Below, one piece after another: positions 25,695-36,709 of a stretch of DNA of 64,000 nucleotides. This DNA is from Candidatus Omnitrophota bacterium (lineage in GTDB: Bacteria; Omnitrophota; Gorgyraeia; Duberdicusellales; 4484-171), in NCBI GenBank assembly GCA_043823745.1, contig JBDRAN010000044.1, forward strand, positions 853 through 64,852, given 5' to 3'. Each line of letters begins with the position of its first letter. The stretch's first letter is position 1. Both the position numbers and the translations under genes were made by a program. The notes under the pieces are model-generated. The model saw nothing but the letters and a program-made list of their open reading frames with translations, searched no databases and was not told where the DNA came from.

Positions 25695-26810
25695 TCATAG
25701 CTTTTCGGTAAGACCCGTTTTAATGATCCTGAAAAAAACATTGAGTATTTCACGGGAAGCGCCGGGATGCTTTAGGAATTCCCAGAGAAGAAGCGAGTGA
25801 TTTTCAAAATCGCCTTTCTCCTCGATCAATGATGTCTTGCGCTTAATGAATGCGAATATCTTTTTGATATCTTTGTCGGTAAGTGCATTAAAAATTTCCC
25901 TGGCACGCAACGCAACCCGTATCTCGCCGCCGTAATGCTTATGCCACCGCGGCGAGTATTGCGAAAATTTTCCCGACAGCATACAATCCACAAGGATCTC
26001 TGCCCCGCGCATGCCCATATAAATACCGCCATAGCTTAAGGGCTTAACCTGAGAAGCGGCATCGCCTACCAAGAAAATCCGCTCGCGGGAAAGCGTATTG
26101 AAATGAACCCGTGGCACGATCCCGGCAAATTTCTCGATAATATTATTTCCCATCCTTCTCTCTTTGACAAATTCAAGAAGATCCTGGTAGGGATTCTGAG
26201 AAATAACTCCGACCCGGACTTCCTCTGCGCTTTCGGGTATAATCCAATAAAAATACGGACGCTTGATATAGACCTCAACCATATCATGATAGAGTGGAGC
26301 AAATTTCATGCGAAACTGAACTCCCCGCATATATTGTATGCTGTTTTGCTTACGCACGATACTGCGTACCGCCGAATTGGCGCCATCGGCACCAACCAGG
26401 ATATCGGCGGAAAAGTCTCCTTTATCAGTCTCAAGGATATACCGATGCTTGTTCTTTTCAAAACCAAGAAACCGTGTCTCAAAAATTATATTTAAATCTT
26501 TTCCTAAACTCTTATCGAAAAGTTCACGGTTGATAACATAGGCGACTTCTTTGCGCCGCAAGATGAGTTCTTCTTTTCCAAAGTGAATCACGGCGCCATT
26601 GATTGTATTCAAAATGCAGCTCGGGGCAAGCGGCAGGCGCGCCTCCTGAAAAACCTTTTTACCTACAAGGCCGGCGCAATGAATGGGCCTACCCAACTCT
26701 TTATGCTCCTCGATAAGCAAGGAGCTCCTCCCCTTCAATTTCAAAAGTTGGGCAAGATAGCCTCCAACCGGACCTGCACCTACAATAATGATGTCGTACT
26801 TATCCTTCAT
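25695..26810 (-). CDS. Geranylgeranyl reductase family FAD-dependent oxidoreductase
   Basis: GAGPVG, CAGLV, GADGANS, LVGDAASQVKPL..GGI. Confidence 0.88.
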   Translation of the reverse strand: MKDKYDIIIVGAGPVGGYLAQLLKLKGRSSLLIEEHKELGRPIHCAGLVGKKVFQEARLPLAPSCILNTINGAVIHFGKEELILRRKEVAYVINRELFDKSLGKDLNIIFETRFLGFEKNKHRYILETDKGDFSADILVGADGANSAVRSIVRKQNSIQYMRGVQFRMKFAPLYHDMVEVYIKRPYFYWIIPESAEEVRVGVISQNPYQDLLEFVKERRMGNNIIEKFAGIVPRVHFNTLSRERIFLVGDAASQVKPLSYGGIYMGMRGAEILVDCMLSGKFSQYSPRWHKHYGGEIRVALRAREIFNALTDKDIKKIFAFIKRKTSLIEEKGDFENHSLLLWEFLKHPGASREILNVFFRIIKTGLTEKL

Positions 26811-26974
26811 GGCAATGGATGCGATTCTTTATGATGTGCTCGAACCAAACAGAATGAAGAAGATATTTTATTTTTTAATACCCGAGACAATTTCTCTGAT
26901 TCTGTAAGGAAGTTTAGCCTAAATTACAGAAAAAGCAACTGTTTTACGTTGTTCGTTTTTACGCTCCGGAGATA

Positions 26975-28867
26975 TTATCCTTTAGAGCCACTTACCGCAA
27001 ACAATAATTTTTTTGCTTGTTCTTCATCGTAACGAAGGCCGCTGTCACAGACTGCACGTATCTGCTCTAAGATCCCTTCAAGTTTCATGCTTTCTTCCAC
27101 CTTAAAAATTTTATTAAACGTGGTGGTTATTTTCTTTTCGCGATTACTGAATAGTTCTTCCGATGTTTTTTCTCCCTCGCGTTTTCCTATATACACAATA
27201 TCGTCCTCTTTAAGGTGTTTACCATAAAAAAGGGCAATATCATACGCCAAATCTTTTATTTTTACAGGATTACCCATGTCAAGGACCAATATTTCTCCTC
27301 CTTCTCCTGAAGAAATCGCTTGCAGCGTTAACCTTGTTGCCTCGGCCAAACTCATAAAATACCTATTCATCTGAGGGTCGGTAATGGTTAAACGCTCTCC
27401 TTTTTGAAGCTGTTGAGCAAATATCTCGATCACATTGCCGGAAGAACCGATGACATTACCGAATCGTACCGCCATGAATTTTGTTTTCGTTTCTGCATTA
27501 CCACTGAATATTTTTACTAAAAGCTCCCCTGTTCTCTTTGTCGCACCCATAAGCGAAGTTGCGTTAACTGCTTTATCGGTCGAAATATAGCCGAATTTTT
27601 TTACACCAAACTCTTGCGCACATTGCATCATGTTAAGCGTCCCACATACGTTTGTTACTATTGCTTCAATCGGATTATACTCGCACAAAGAGACATGCTT
27701 GAGGGCGGCGGCATGAATGACATAATCGACGGTATGGGCGGTGAATATCCTATCCAGCGCCCGTCTATTCCTGATGTCGGCTATCTTGCAAAGTATTTCT
27801 GTATCCTCCGGGTCAGGCATATCGCCCTGGTGCGTTACGTCATAGGAAATCCTAAAGAGGTTGGTCTCCGATATATCCAATATGACTAATTTACGGGGAG
27901 AAAACTTAAGTAGCTCTTTGCATATGCTTGCGCCTATAGAACCGCCGCCGCCGGTAACCATAATAGTTTTGCCGTAAAAAACATCTCGTATCTTTTCGGT
28001 ATCAAACGTAACCGGTTTCCTATCTAAATAATCTTCGAATTTTATCTCGCGTAAGCTCTTTAAGGTAAACCTGCCATCAACCAAATCAACCATTGAGGGG
28101 GCAATCCTCACCAACGCACCGGTGGCTTGAGAAATCTTGATGATTTGTTTCATTTCTTCATTAGACGCATTATCCACGGCAATAAAAATATAGCGTATGC
28201 CCTTTTCTTGGACTAGCGACGGTATATCGCCAATCGTGCCGACAATGGACGTGGCGTTAATCGTCTCCCCCACACGGTTTTTGTGAAACGTGATGAAACC
28301 CGTCACTCTGAAACGATGACTGTCGTTCTTCAAAATAGTATATTGAAGAGATGCTGCGATATCTTGGTCTCCCACAATCAATACGTTTTCTCTCGTTTTA
28401 CTCAAGCGTTTTACTTTATCAAAAATAATTCGGTACGAAAGCCGCACACCGCTTAAACTCAAAAATAAAATAAAGAGGTTAACAATATAAACTGACCGTG
28501 GAATCTCTATGATAGCGCCGTGCAGCAGCATAAAAGCAACACAAATGCTGAGTCCGTTGCTCACCAAGACTAAAACGCCCGTCCGCTCTATGTCGCGCAA
28601 GCTCGCGTACCTCCATATCCCTTTTGCTAAACCAAAAAAGTAATCGCAGAAAAGAAAACAAACCACAAAGATGAAAATAGTTTTCTTGAATACGGCAAAA
28701 TCATCGGGAGGAACGGCGCCTTCAAACCGTATAAGATACGCAAGCCAGTAACTTGCAACAACCAGCGTCACATCAACGCAATACTTCACCCACAAGAGAA
28801 TCTTATTGAAAGGCGCAAGAAAATTATCGAAACTTATTGTTTTATGATTTTCCATCGAATCACTCAT
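26975..28867 (-). CDS. NDP-sugar 4,6-dehydratase, CapD/PglF/WbpM family
   Basis: 4 TMs; TGGGGSIG, HAAALKHV, STDKAV, MGATK, VRFGNV. Confidence 0.95.
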   Translation of the reverse strand: MSDSMENHKTISFDNFLAPFNKILLWVKYCVDVTLVVASYWLAYLIRFEGAVPPDDFAVFKKTIFIFVVCFLFCDYFFGLAKGIWRYASLRDIERTGVLVLVSNGLSICVAFMLLHGAIIEIPRSVYIVNLFILFLSLSGVRLSYRIIFDKVKRLSKTRENVLIVGDQDIAASLQYTILKNDSHRFRVTGFITFHKNRVGETINATSIVGTIGDIPSLVQEKGIRYIFIAVDNASNEEMKQIIKISQATGALVRIAPSMVDLVDGRFTLKSLREIKFEDYLDRKPVTFDTEKIRDVFYGKTIMVTGGGGSIGASICKELLKFSPRKLVILDISETNLFRISYDVTHQGDMPDPEDTEILCKIADIRNRRALDRIFTAHTVDYVIHAAALKHVSLCEYNPIEAIVTNVCGTLNMMQCAQEFGVKKFGYISTDKAVNATSLMGATKRTGELLVKIFSGNAETKTKFMAVRFGNVIGSSGNVIEIFAQQLQKGERLTITDPQMNRYFMSLAEATRLTLQAISSGEGGEILVLDMGNPVKIKDLAYDIALFYGKHLKEDDIVYIGKREGEKTSEELFSNREKKITTTFNKIFKVEESMKLEGILEQIRAVCDSGLRYDEEQAKKLLFAVSGSKG

Positions 28868-29444
28868 TGAGCGTCCCTCCTATGGTCCTTAAGATAATAC
28901 TCAGGTCATCGATAAGATTGGTGCGGCCGCGAAAATACTCTAAATCATATTTAATTTTTCGAGGCAAAACCTCGTTCAAATAAAATTCCATAAGTTCCTT
29001 CTTTTCCAGAAGCCGCTCTTCATGCAGAAATTTTACGGTTGCAAAGGAAGTAAACCCGGGCCTAAAACATAATATTTCCCGCTGCCATGGCGCATAGTGC
29101 ATAACGAGTTCGGGTATTTCCGGCCGCGGACCGACAACGCTCATATCACCCTTTACAATATTAATAAATTGAGGAAGTTCGTCAAAATTGGTCCTTCGCA
29201 ACAGCTTTCCTGCCCTACTGATACGTGCATCGCCGGCGGCAGTAATGAGGCTCCCTGTTGCCATCTTCATAGTCCGGAATTTAAGGATCATGAAAATGCG
29301 CCCATTCTTGCCGACCCTGCGTTGTTTAAAAATAATCGGGCCGGGCGAATCTACTTTTATCATTACTGCGGCAATGATAAATATTGGGAAGGAAAAAAAT
29401 AAAACAACCAGTGAAAAAACAATATCGAATATTCGCTTTGCCAT
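28860..29444 (-). CDS. Initiating sugar-phosphate transferase (PglC-like)
   Basis: KRIFD, KFRTM, DELPQ, GDMSVVGPRPE. Confidence 0.95.
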   Translation of the reverse strand: MAKRIFDIVFSLVVLFFSFPIFIIAAVMIKVDSPGPIIFKQRRVGKNGRIFMILKFRTMKMATGSLITAAGDARISRAGKLLRRTNFDELPQFINIVKGDMSVVGPRPEIPELVMHYAPWQREILCFRPGFTSFATVKFLHEERLLEKKELMEFYLNEVLPRKIKYDLEYFRGRTNLIDDLSIILRTIGGTLNE

Positions 29445-29632
29445 TGAGAAACCTTATGTCTTTTTTTTCGTAAAGGATACCTCGCTCTCGAGTAACTCTC
29501 GCTTATTGCGAGTGCACAAAGTCTTAATTTCATTATAAAGCTTCGGGGTCCTCTCCGGTATAAACACAGGGAAATGCACGGAAAAACCCGCATACCGGGA
29601 ATCGCGTAAAAAATGCTCAAACGTAGGTATAA

Positions 29633-30325
29633 TCATTTTTGTATTACCGTTATGTAGTGTGACCGTAACAATGATATTTTTTCTAACATGTAACATAGCC
29701 TATACGACAGGGGCCCGAGGAACCGGGCCAGCGTAGGTATGAGCGTTAACGCCGTAAAAGAGAGGCGTGTATAACCGCTGAAATACTTCCGAACTAACTG
29801 TTTCGTCAAAGCCCGCACGAAAGGATTAAAAAGGTTGGGGTACCGAACATCGTAAATGATGATTAAACCCCCGGTTTTTAAAACGCGCATTGCTTCACCG
29901 GCGATCTTCTTCGCCATTGAATCATCAAGAATGGAACTAAATACCGTAAAGATGATGATCATGTCAAAAGAGAAATCAGGAAACTCCAGATGTTCTGCGT
30001 CAGCGCAATAAAAGGTAAACGCCGGGTAACGGCTCCGTGCGTCCTCGATTCTCTCGGGAATAAGATCAACACCGTATAGATTTTCTGGTTTGGCGCCCCA
30101 GGTGAGAAATCCGGCTAACGTAGTCCCGCCGCCGCAGCCTATATCAAGAATCTTTCTATCGTGAATCGGAAAAAATCCCTCGTGTTTTAAAATTTCGACC
30201 AGTACCTCCTCCCTTCTGGAAAAGATATATTTATTACCGCTAAGCTCTCCGTCCCATTGGGCTCTACAAACCTTGCTGGCACGATAGCGCTGATAAACAC
30301 TTTTTATGCGATTGGCTTCATCCAT
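29633..30325 (-). CDS. Class I SAM methyltransferase
   Basis: ILDIGCGGG, GVDL, RVLKTGG. Confidence 0.9.
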   Translation of the reverse strand: MDEANRIKSVYQRYRASKVCRAQWDGELSGNKYIFSRREEVLVEILKHEGFFPIHDRKILDIGCGGGTTLAGFLTWGAKPENLYGVDLIPERIEDARSRYPAFTFYCADAEHLEFPDFSFDMIIIFTVFSSILDDSMAKKIAGEAMRVLKTGGLIIIYDVRYPNLFNPFVRALTKQLVRKYFSGYTRLSFTALTLIPTLARFLGPLSYRLCYMLEKISLLRSHYITVIQK

Positions 30326-30400
30326 GCGTCACCCCGTCCCGAATTGCTCGAAACCCATTTGACCCTACCTGCATAAATGCCCCATGATATTCATACTCTT

Positions 30401-31795
30401 CTAACGGCCAACCCATTTTGTATACCAAAATACTAAAAATCTCCTTACGGCGGGAAAATTTTTTGTTTTTATATAGAGCGCCCTGATGATTGCTCCGGCA
30501 ATCTTGCTATGAAAACGCATGCCCATAATTTCCGTCGTTGCTTTATCGAGAACGTTGTAATCGATGCCTTTTATTTTCGGTTTGTTCGGAGCGGTTGTAA
30601 GATCGTTGTCGTCTTTGAGCAATGATAAACCATGCGCCACACAATACTCGTACAGATCGCTTCCCGGCATGGGCGTATAATATGAAACGCTGACAATGTC
30701 CGGCTTGATTGCCCTCACCATGTTGACAGTTTTATCGACATCTTCTTTGGTCTCGGTGGGCGCGCCTAACATGATATTTGCTACCGTTCTTACCTTGTAT
30801 TTTTTGCAGATTGCTACCGATGCGATATTTTGCTCGACGGTTGTACCTTTTTGTAAGAAATTCAGCATCTTTTGACTCCCGCTTTCGAGCCCGATAATCA
30901 CCATCGTTAAGCCTATCTCTGAAAGCATACGTATGGCATGTTCGTTTGCGCAAATCTGATCGGCGCGGGCCTGACAGAGAAAGGCAGCTGTAAAGCCTTG
31001 TTCTCGATACTTATGGCAAAACTCTTCGACCCATCCGGGGTTAGAAACAAACGAATAATCATAGAACTTAAAGCTCCTGAAATCATAACGATCCCGCAGC
31101 ATTCGTAGTTCTCCAATCACATTGTCGACGCTGCGATACCTGACACCTTTACCAAAGAGCAACCGACCGCCCGGTTGACAAAAATTGCAATTATACAAAC
31201 AACCGCGGCTTGCCAGCAGCGTTACCATCGGTGCCTTAAATATACCAGAATAATTAGGACGGTTGATTATGGTGCGATACGGATATAATTCCCGATCCTC
31301 GTATGGTAGAGAATCGAGATCCGGAGCAATCCCTCGCATAAGCCTCTCTTTTCCACGGCCCCTGCTCGCTATATCATTCAGCAAGGCAACAAAACTTATC
31401 TCTCCTTCACCGGTCACAATATAATCGATCATGCTTTGCCGCACAACATCCTCAGTCGCTATGGTTGGGTGGACACCGCCGACCACGACGATAATACGCT
31501 CATCAATAGCTTTGACGATTTCAATGGCTCGCATAACAAAACTATAATCGTAACTTCGTATGGTAAAACCTATAACATCGGGGTGGCGCACGGTGAGTGC
31601 TTCTTGGAACGCTTTCCAGCTGCGTAGCTTCCTTACGTCAATAAGGTCACAATCGCCGAATCCATCTGCCTTGGCGCACGCACTCAAAAAGCATAAACCT
31701 TCGTGGTTGATGCTGGTCCAATGTGAGCTGCCGAAGGATCCAAAACTCTTTTCTCCCAGGCCAGGGTCAACGAGCGTAATCTTTAAGTGCTTCAT
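30401..31795 (-). CDS. B12-binding radical SAM protein
   Basis: Start MKHLKITLVDP; GGVHPT, GEGE, SRGCLYNCNFC, GLESGS. Confidence 0.92.
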   Translation of the reverse strand: MKHLKITLVDPGLGEKSFGSFGSSHWTSINHEGLCFLSACAKADGFGDCDLIDVRKLRSWKAFQEALTVRHPDVIGFTIRSYDYSFVMRAIEIVKAIDERIIVVVGGVHPTIATEDVVRQSMIDYIVTGEGEISFVALLNDIASRGRGKERLMRGIAPDLDSLPYEDRELYPYRTIINRPNYSGIFKAPMVTLLASRGCLYNCNFCQPGGRLLFGKGVRYRSVDNVIGELRMLRDRYDFRSFKFYDYSFVSNPGWVEEFCHKYREQGFTAAFLCQARADQICANEHAIRMLSEIGLTMVIIGLESGSQKMLNFLQKGTTVEQNIASVAICKKYKVRTVANIMLGAPTETKEDVDKTVNMVRAIKPDIVSVSYYTPMPGSDLYEYCVAHGLSLLKDDNDLTTAPNKPKIKGIDYNVLDKATTEIMGMRFHSKIAGAIIRALYIKTKNFPAVRRFLVFWYTKWVGR

Positions 31796-31821
31796 CGAAT
31801 ATATTCTACCACCATGGTATG

Positions 31822-32892
31822 CTACAAAGCACCCGTCGTATGGGTCTGATGGGGCTTGTTGTTTCTTCTGAATCGCCACAAGCCCGTCAAGAATCCAAGC
31901 CCGTAACTTATATGAATAATAGTGAAAACAAAAGGCAGAAAAAACAGCGTAAACGGCAAGCGGCGTGCAACCCACGCACTGAAGATTACATTAAGCACAA
32001 GGTAGGGGCACCCTACAATCAACGCTAAGAAGTTATTCCTTGTCACCAGGCCTACAAGAAAGCTTGCAAGAAGCGCGGCCACAAACAGCGGCGGCACGAT
32101 ATGCCGGAATGAGGGGATTGCATTTCGTTTTTGTATTACACGCACCTTATAAAAACCGTATTGAAAGTATTGCCTCCAGAGGCGCGCCAAGGTACTACGG
32201 CTATAGTAGCGCACCGAAAGCGCCGGGTCGAACCAAATTTTTCCTCCTGCCTGAATAAGCCGAAAATTAAATTCATCGTCCTGATTACGAACAAGCTCCT
32301 CATCAAACATGCCTATCCGCTCGAAAATTACCCGCTGGTACGTGCCCAGATATACCGTATCAACCCATCCGGGTTTGGTTGCATAACGAAAATATGCATT
32401 CCCTGCCCCGAATGGAGAACTGGTAGCCAAAGCAATGGCCTTGCCCACCGTAGTCTCGCTCACCGCGCATTGCATCCCTCCTACGCAATCTGCCCCGGTA
32501 TGTGCTAATAAATCAACACACCGGCGAATGTAGGCACTCGGGATTTCGCAGTGCCCGTCGACACGAACCATAATTGCCCCTTGGGCGTACGCCAAACCGA
32601 TATTAAGCGCTGCGGGCACGATACGAGAAGGGTTATCGAGGAGCGCGATGCGCAGGCGCATGTTGTTTTTGCTCTCGCGATCGATGATTGTTTGTACGAT
32701 TTGCCTGGTTCCATCATCAGACATCCCGTCTACAACAATAACCTCGATTTTTTCTTTCGGATAATCCTGCCGCAGAACCGCGCTGATACTGCGCTCGATA
32801 TATTGCTGTTCGTTACGAATGGGCACGATTACCGAAACACCGGGCTGAGGGGAAGAAAAACTTGACTCTCTACCTTGTGTACTATCAATCAT
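31822..32892 (-). CDS. GT2 glycosyltransferase (ExoA-like)
   Basis: VDGMSDDGT, RVDGH, RNQDDEFN, QYFQYG. Confidence 0.92.
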   Translation of the reverse strand: MIDSTQGRESSFSSPQPGVSVIVPIRNEQQYIERSISAVLRQDYPKEKIEVIVVDGMSDDGTRQIVQTIIDRESKNNMRLRIALLDNPSRIVPAALNIGLAYAQGAIMVRVDGHCEIPSAYIRRCVDLLAHTGADCVGGMQCAVSETTVGKAIALATSSPFGAGNAYFRYATKPGWVDTVYLGTYQRVIFERIGMFDEELVRNQDDEFNFRLIQAGGKIWFDPALSVRYYSRSTLARLWRQYFQYGFYKVRVIQKRNAIPSFRHIVPPLFVAALLASFLVGLVTRNNFLALIVGCPYLVLNVIFSAWVARRLPFTLFFLPFVFTIIHISYGLGFLTGLWRFRRNNKPHQTHTTGAL

Positions 32893-32959
32893 AGCGCCTC
32901 AGACATACCATACGGTTTCTCGGCATACAGGGCCGAATGCATCATAAACAATACTAAAG

Positions 32960-33988
32960 TTAAGGCTTACGCGCGAGCGGTTTTCCCTCACGGCAGACTT
33001 GTTCGACCAGATCACACAACGCCTGTTTTCGTGCCGCAAACGAAAAGAGTTCTTTCACTCTTTCTTGTGCCAGAGCGCCTGTCTGCGTATCATCTAAAGC
33101 CTTTATGATGGCGCGCGACAGCTCGCCTGCGTCGTCATACGGCACATAGTAACCGGCCTGACCCACCACTTCAGGAAGCGCTGATGTTGAGGTTACCACG
33201 GGCACGCACCTATGCGCCATAGCCTCAGCGAGAGAGCGCCCGAACTGTTCATGATATGATACCTGGACATATACTGTCGCCCGGGAATAAAACTGGCATA
33301 ACACTTCATTGCTCACCCGGCCGGTTATAATTACATTGTCGGTCACTGAGCCCTGCAGATACCGTGCCATTCGCTTATCAAGGTAACCAACCATAAAAAA
33401 TTTTATTTCCGGAAGCATCGCGGCAGCTTTGATAAACGTTGCCAGCCCTTTCCTTTTCAGATTATTCTCTATGATGTTACCTACGGTTAACACGCTACGC
33501 TCTTTTTTGATATTTTCTGCTCCGCCGCAAGAACACAAGGGAATGCCCTGGTATATCATAGAAATCCTATCGGAAGGAATCTTGCAATTTGTGATAATCT
33601 CTCGCTTGTTGAATTCAGAAACCGCAATAATCCTGTCTGCCAGCGTTATGATGTATCGCGTGATCGCCCTGGTTGGAAAAAACCTCAATCCCTTTCTAAA
33701 CGCTCCATAATTGATTTCAGGCGCGTTTACGCAATCCCACCCGCCGACAACTAAAATTATTTTCTTTTTAAAAAATTTTGCGAACAACAGCGGTATCAAC
33801 GCCGACCGAGACGCAAACCAGCAGAATACGGCATCAACGTTTCGTATGCTGCCTATCCCGCGGGGAATCTTAAAAAACGTATCTTTATAGAAACGTAAAT
33901 CTTCGGCGCAAAAATTATTCTTAAGTATTTCCCAATCGTTTTCTTCGAAACCGGTCCAACCTTGATGCAAAAATAAAATCTTCTTCAT
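32960..33988 (-). CDS. GT4 glycosyltransferase
   Basis: RKG, EQFGRSLAEAM, ALPEVVG. Confidence 0.9.
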   Translation of the reverse strand: MKKILFLHQGWTGFEENDWEILKNNFCAEDLRFYKDTFFKIPRGIGSIRNVDAVFCWFASRSALIPLLFAKFFKKKIILVVGGWDCVNAPEINYGAFRKGLRFFPTRAITRYIITLADRIIAVSEFNKREIITNCKIPSDRISMIYQGIPLCSCGGAENIKKERSVLTVGNIIENNLKRKGLATFIKAAAMLPEIKFFMVGYLDKRMARYLQGSVTDNVIITGRVSNEVLCQFYSRATVYVQVSYHEQFGRSLAEAMAHRCVPVVTSTSALPEVVGQAGYYVPYDDAGELSRAIIKALDDTQTGALAQERVKELFSFAARKQALCDLVEQVCREGKPLARKP

Positions 33989-34018
33989 ACTATACCTGAC
34001 TAAGCCCGTATGGCCCTG

Positions 34019-35221
34019 TTATTTCAAAATGGACTTTACCGCCGCGATAACATCTTCCACGTCAGAAGCGGTAAGCTTGGCGGAAAGAGGAAGCGACAGG
34101 GTTGTATCGGAGACATATTCAGCATTGGGAAAGTCTCCTTTCTTATAGCCGAAATTGTGTTGATAATACGGGCTTAAATGAAGCGCCGTAAAATGAATAC
34201 CGGTGCCGATATTACGTTTATGCAGGCGCTGCTGCATTTCATCGCGCGATATACCCGTAACAGTTTTAGGCACCAGTATCGTGTATAAATGCCGGGCATG
34301 CACCGTATCTCCCTCAACAGGGGCAGGCAGCGTAATCGACAGGCCGGCAAACGCTACGTTGTATCGCTTCCAAATCTTCTCTCTCTTTTTTAAATAGTTC
34401 CCGATTCGTTTAAGCTGATGTATCCCCAAGGAGGCCTGAATATCCATCATATTGTATTTAAAACCCGGGTAAACGACCTGGTACTTGACATGTCCTTTGT
34501 CCGAATACCGATGCCATGCCCCCTTAGACATCCCATGCAAGCCATACATTTCGATACGCTGCGCAAACTCTCTATTATCGGTGGTTACCATTCCTCCTTC
34601 TCCGGTCACTAAATTTTTGGTGGCATAAAAACTAAAACACGTAAGGTCTCCGATAGTTCCGACTTTACGATTCTTATATACACCCTCAATGCAATGCGCG
34701 GCATCTTCAATGACATAGAGATTATATTTCCGCGCGATTGCACGTATCTGCTTCATGTCGCAGGGCCTGCCCGCAAAATGCACAGGGACAATTGCACGCA
34801 GGTGCTTATGCGTTTCTTTATTAACAGGGGAGCCTGTCTTATGGTCAATATAATAATCGCGCTCAATGCACTCATTGATTTTTTGCGGCGATAGATTAAA
34901 CGTCTGGGCATCAACATCAACAAAAACAGGCCGGGCGCCCGTATGTATGATGCTGTTGGCGGTTGCACAGAACGTCAGGGGCGTCGTGATAACTTCGTCA
35001 CCGGGGCCTATTCCAATAGCTACCATTGAGAGATGCAGGCCCGCAGTACAGGAATTAAGCGCCAGGGCGAATTTTGACCCGATGTATTCTCGAAACATTT
35101 CTTCAAAACGATGCACTTTGGGGCCTGTTGATAGCCACCCCGAACGCAACGTAGCCACCACCTCTTTGATCTCTGCTTCCTCGATGCGTGGTGCCCCAAA
35201 AAGTAAAAAATTTTTACGCAT
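34019..35221 (-). CDS. DegT/DnrJ/EryC1/StrS sugar aminotransferase
   Basis: SGWLSTGP, NSCTAGLH, EDAAH, FSFYATKN..TGEGG. Confidence 0.95.
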   Translation of the reverse strand: MRKNFLLFGAPRIEEAEIKEVVATLRSGWLSTGPKVHRFEEMFREYIGSKFALALNSCTAGLHLSMVAIGIGPGDEVITTPLTFCATANSIIHTGARPVFVDVDAQTFNLSPQKINECIERDYYIDHKTGSPVNKETHKHLRAIVPVHFAGRPCDMKQIRAIARKYNLYVIEDAAHCIEGVYKNRKVGTIGDLTCFSFYATKNLVTGEGGMVTTDNREFAQRIEMYGLHGMSKGAWHRYSDKGHVKYQVVYPGFKYNMMDIQASLGIHQLKRIGNYLKKREKIWKRYNVAFAGLSITLPAPVEGDTVHARHLYTILVPKTVTGISRDEMQQRLHKRNIGTGIHFTALHLSPYYQHNFGYKKGDFPNAEYVSDTTLSLPLSAKLTASDVEDVIAAVKSILK

Positions 35222-35307
35222 AAGTTTCTCCTTTATCGTTGATATTGGTGCAATAACCTCATGCCCGTCGCGCCGGGGCGCTCAACAAAGAAATAAACAT
35301 AATCGGC

Positions 35308-36705
35308 TCAGAGACGCTCTTGGGAAGCAGGGTCATTCTCGTTAATCGCAATGACCTCCGCTTCTTCCTCAGGCAAACGCGCCAGCACAAACCCTATTGC
35401 CAGCATAAACCAAAAGGGGACGTAGACTTCCGGAAGGTTAAGATAGCTTTCGATAAAAAATGAGAAGAAAAAACCAAAGAGGCTCGCAAACACCCCTACT
35501 CGATATTCTGCTAATTCGGGATCGCGGGTGCTCCGTATGGATTTACGTAATCGATTGAGAATTTTTATATAAAAGATCATAAATAAAAGTGAGGTAAGAA
35601 TGCCATTGTCGGATGCAAATTGAATAATATCGCTATGAACAAGGCCGCTGCCGGCTAGTCCAATGCCGACAAACGGATGCTCCCTGATGAGCACTAAAGC
35701 TCCTTGCATACGCTCGCGCCGTATGTACGCGCTGGTTCCTACGGCGGATTCCGGATCAAGACCTCTGATGCGGTATTCGATAAACGGAGCAGCAAAATGG
35801 TATGCCATCAATATGAGGCCCAAAAGGATAGTCACTTCCTTCTTCCCCCGATAAAAACTATAGGCCATGAGCCCGGCTAAGACTGCAATCCATATCCCTC
35901 GATAACCCGAAAAAAATATAAATGCGATACAGGAGAGAAATGAAAAAACCATAAAGAACCGTAGAAAACTTGATTTCCTGAAGATATTAAAAAACGAGAT
36001 AATTAAAGGTAAAATCAATGCAAGATATCCGGCAAGCATCGGTCCTCCCCAAAAAGTAGCGGATGCGCGCATAGGCCCGGCTTCTCCCTCTTGCATGATC
36101 GTACCGCCGTACCAGCCTGATAAAAGCGGTATTCGTATCCCGACGTATTCAGCCATTCCCAGCAACGAGTTCAAGAATGCGGTAACAATCAGCACAAAAA
36201 ATATCTTTCTGACGATACCAATATCTTTTACCAAAGCATGTACCACATAAAAAATAGGAAAAGCGCATACTAACAAAATCCCGTATGCGATAGCAAAATT
36301 CATATTCAGGCGGTTCAAGAACGCGGTCACCAGGCCAAACAGTACGCCCAGCAGATAAAGATATCCTGAGGGAAGAAACCACCGTACAAGCGCTCCCGAT
36401 GGTCGTTTTTGAAATATCAAAAGCAATAAAAATAAATATGCGCAAAGAGCAAGGGCGGGGCTAATCCGTATAGCCTGGCCAATATAGATTGTCCGTTGCC
36501 CCAACATAAACATGGCAACACATAAGTAAAGCAGGCTCACAAACGTTTTCTCCTGGGCTTTAACAAATGAAATGAAAATAGCCATACCGATAAAAGCGAT
36601 AATCAAAAATTCTCCCTTGCTAGAAATAGAAAATGCGAAGAAAAGCAGAAGCATGCTGAGGTTGAATAGAAGAGATACCCAGTGAATCTTAATAGGCTTT
36701 TTCAT
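35308..36705 (-). CDS. O-antigen ligase / Wzy-like polymerase
   Basis: Multi-TM; RASATF, SGYRG, HPFVGIG, HSD. Confidence 0.82.
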   Translation of the reverse strand: MKKPIKIHWVSLLFNLSMLLLFFAFSISSKGEFLIIAFIGMAIFISFVKAQEKTFVSLLYLCVAMFMLGQRTIYIGQAIRISPALALCAYLFLLLLIFQKRPSGALVRWFLPSGYLYLLGVLFGLVTAFLNRLNMNFAIAYGILLVCAFPIFYVVHALVKDIGIVRKIFFVLIVTAFLNSLLGMAEYVGIRIPLLSGWYGGTIMQEGEAGPMRASATFWGGPMLAGYLALILPLIISFFNIFRKSSFLRFFMVFSFLSCIAFIFFSGYRGIWIAVLAGLMAYSFYRGKKEVTILLGLILMAYHFAAPFIEYRIRGLDPESAVGTSAYIRRERMQGALVLIREHPFVGIGLAGSGLVHSDIIQFASDNGILTSLLFMIFYIKILNRLRKSIRSTRDPELAEYRVGVFASLFGFFFSFFIESYLNLPEVYVPFWFMLAIGFVLARLPEEEAEVIAINENDPASQERL

Positions 36706-36709
36706 ATTC

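Noticed and set aside
29454-29696. 80-aa ORF between the sugar transferase and the methyltransferase, as a possible RiPP precursor
   Set aside because: Overlaps the methyltransferase 3' end; no clear SD and no leader/core pattern.
30401-31975. N-terminal 60-aa extension of the first B12 radical SAM ORF
   Set aside because: Overlaps the upstream GT2; the domain begins at MKHLKITLVDP (31795).
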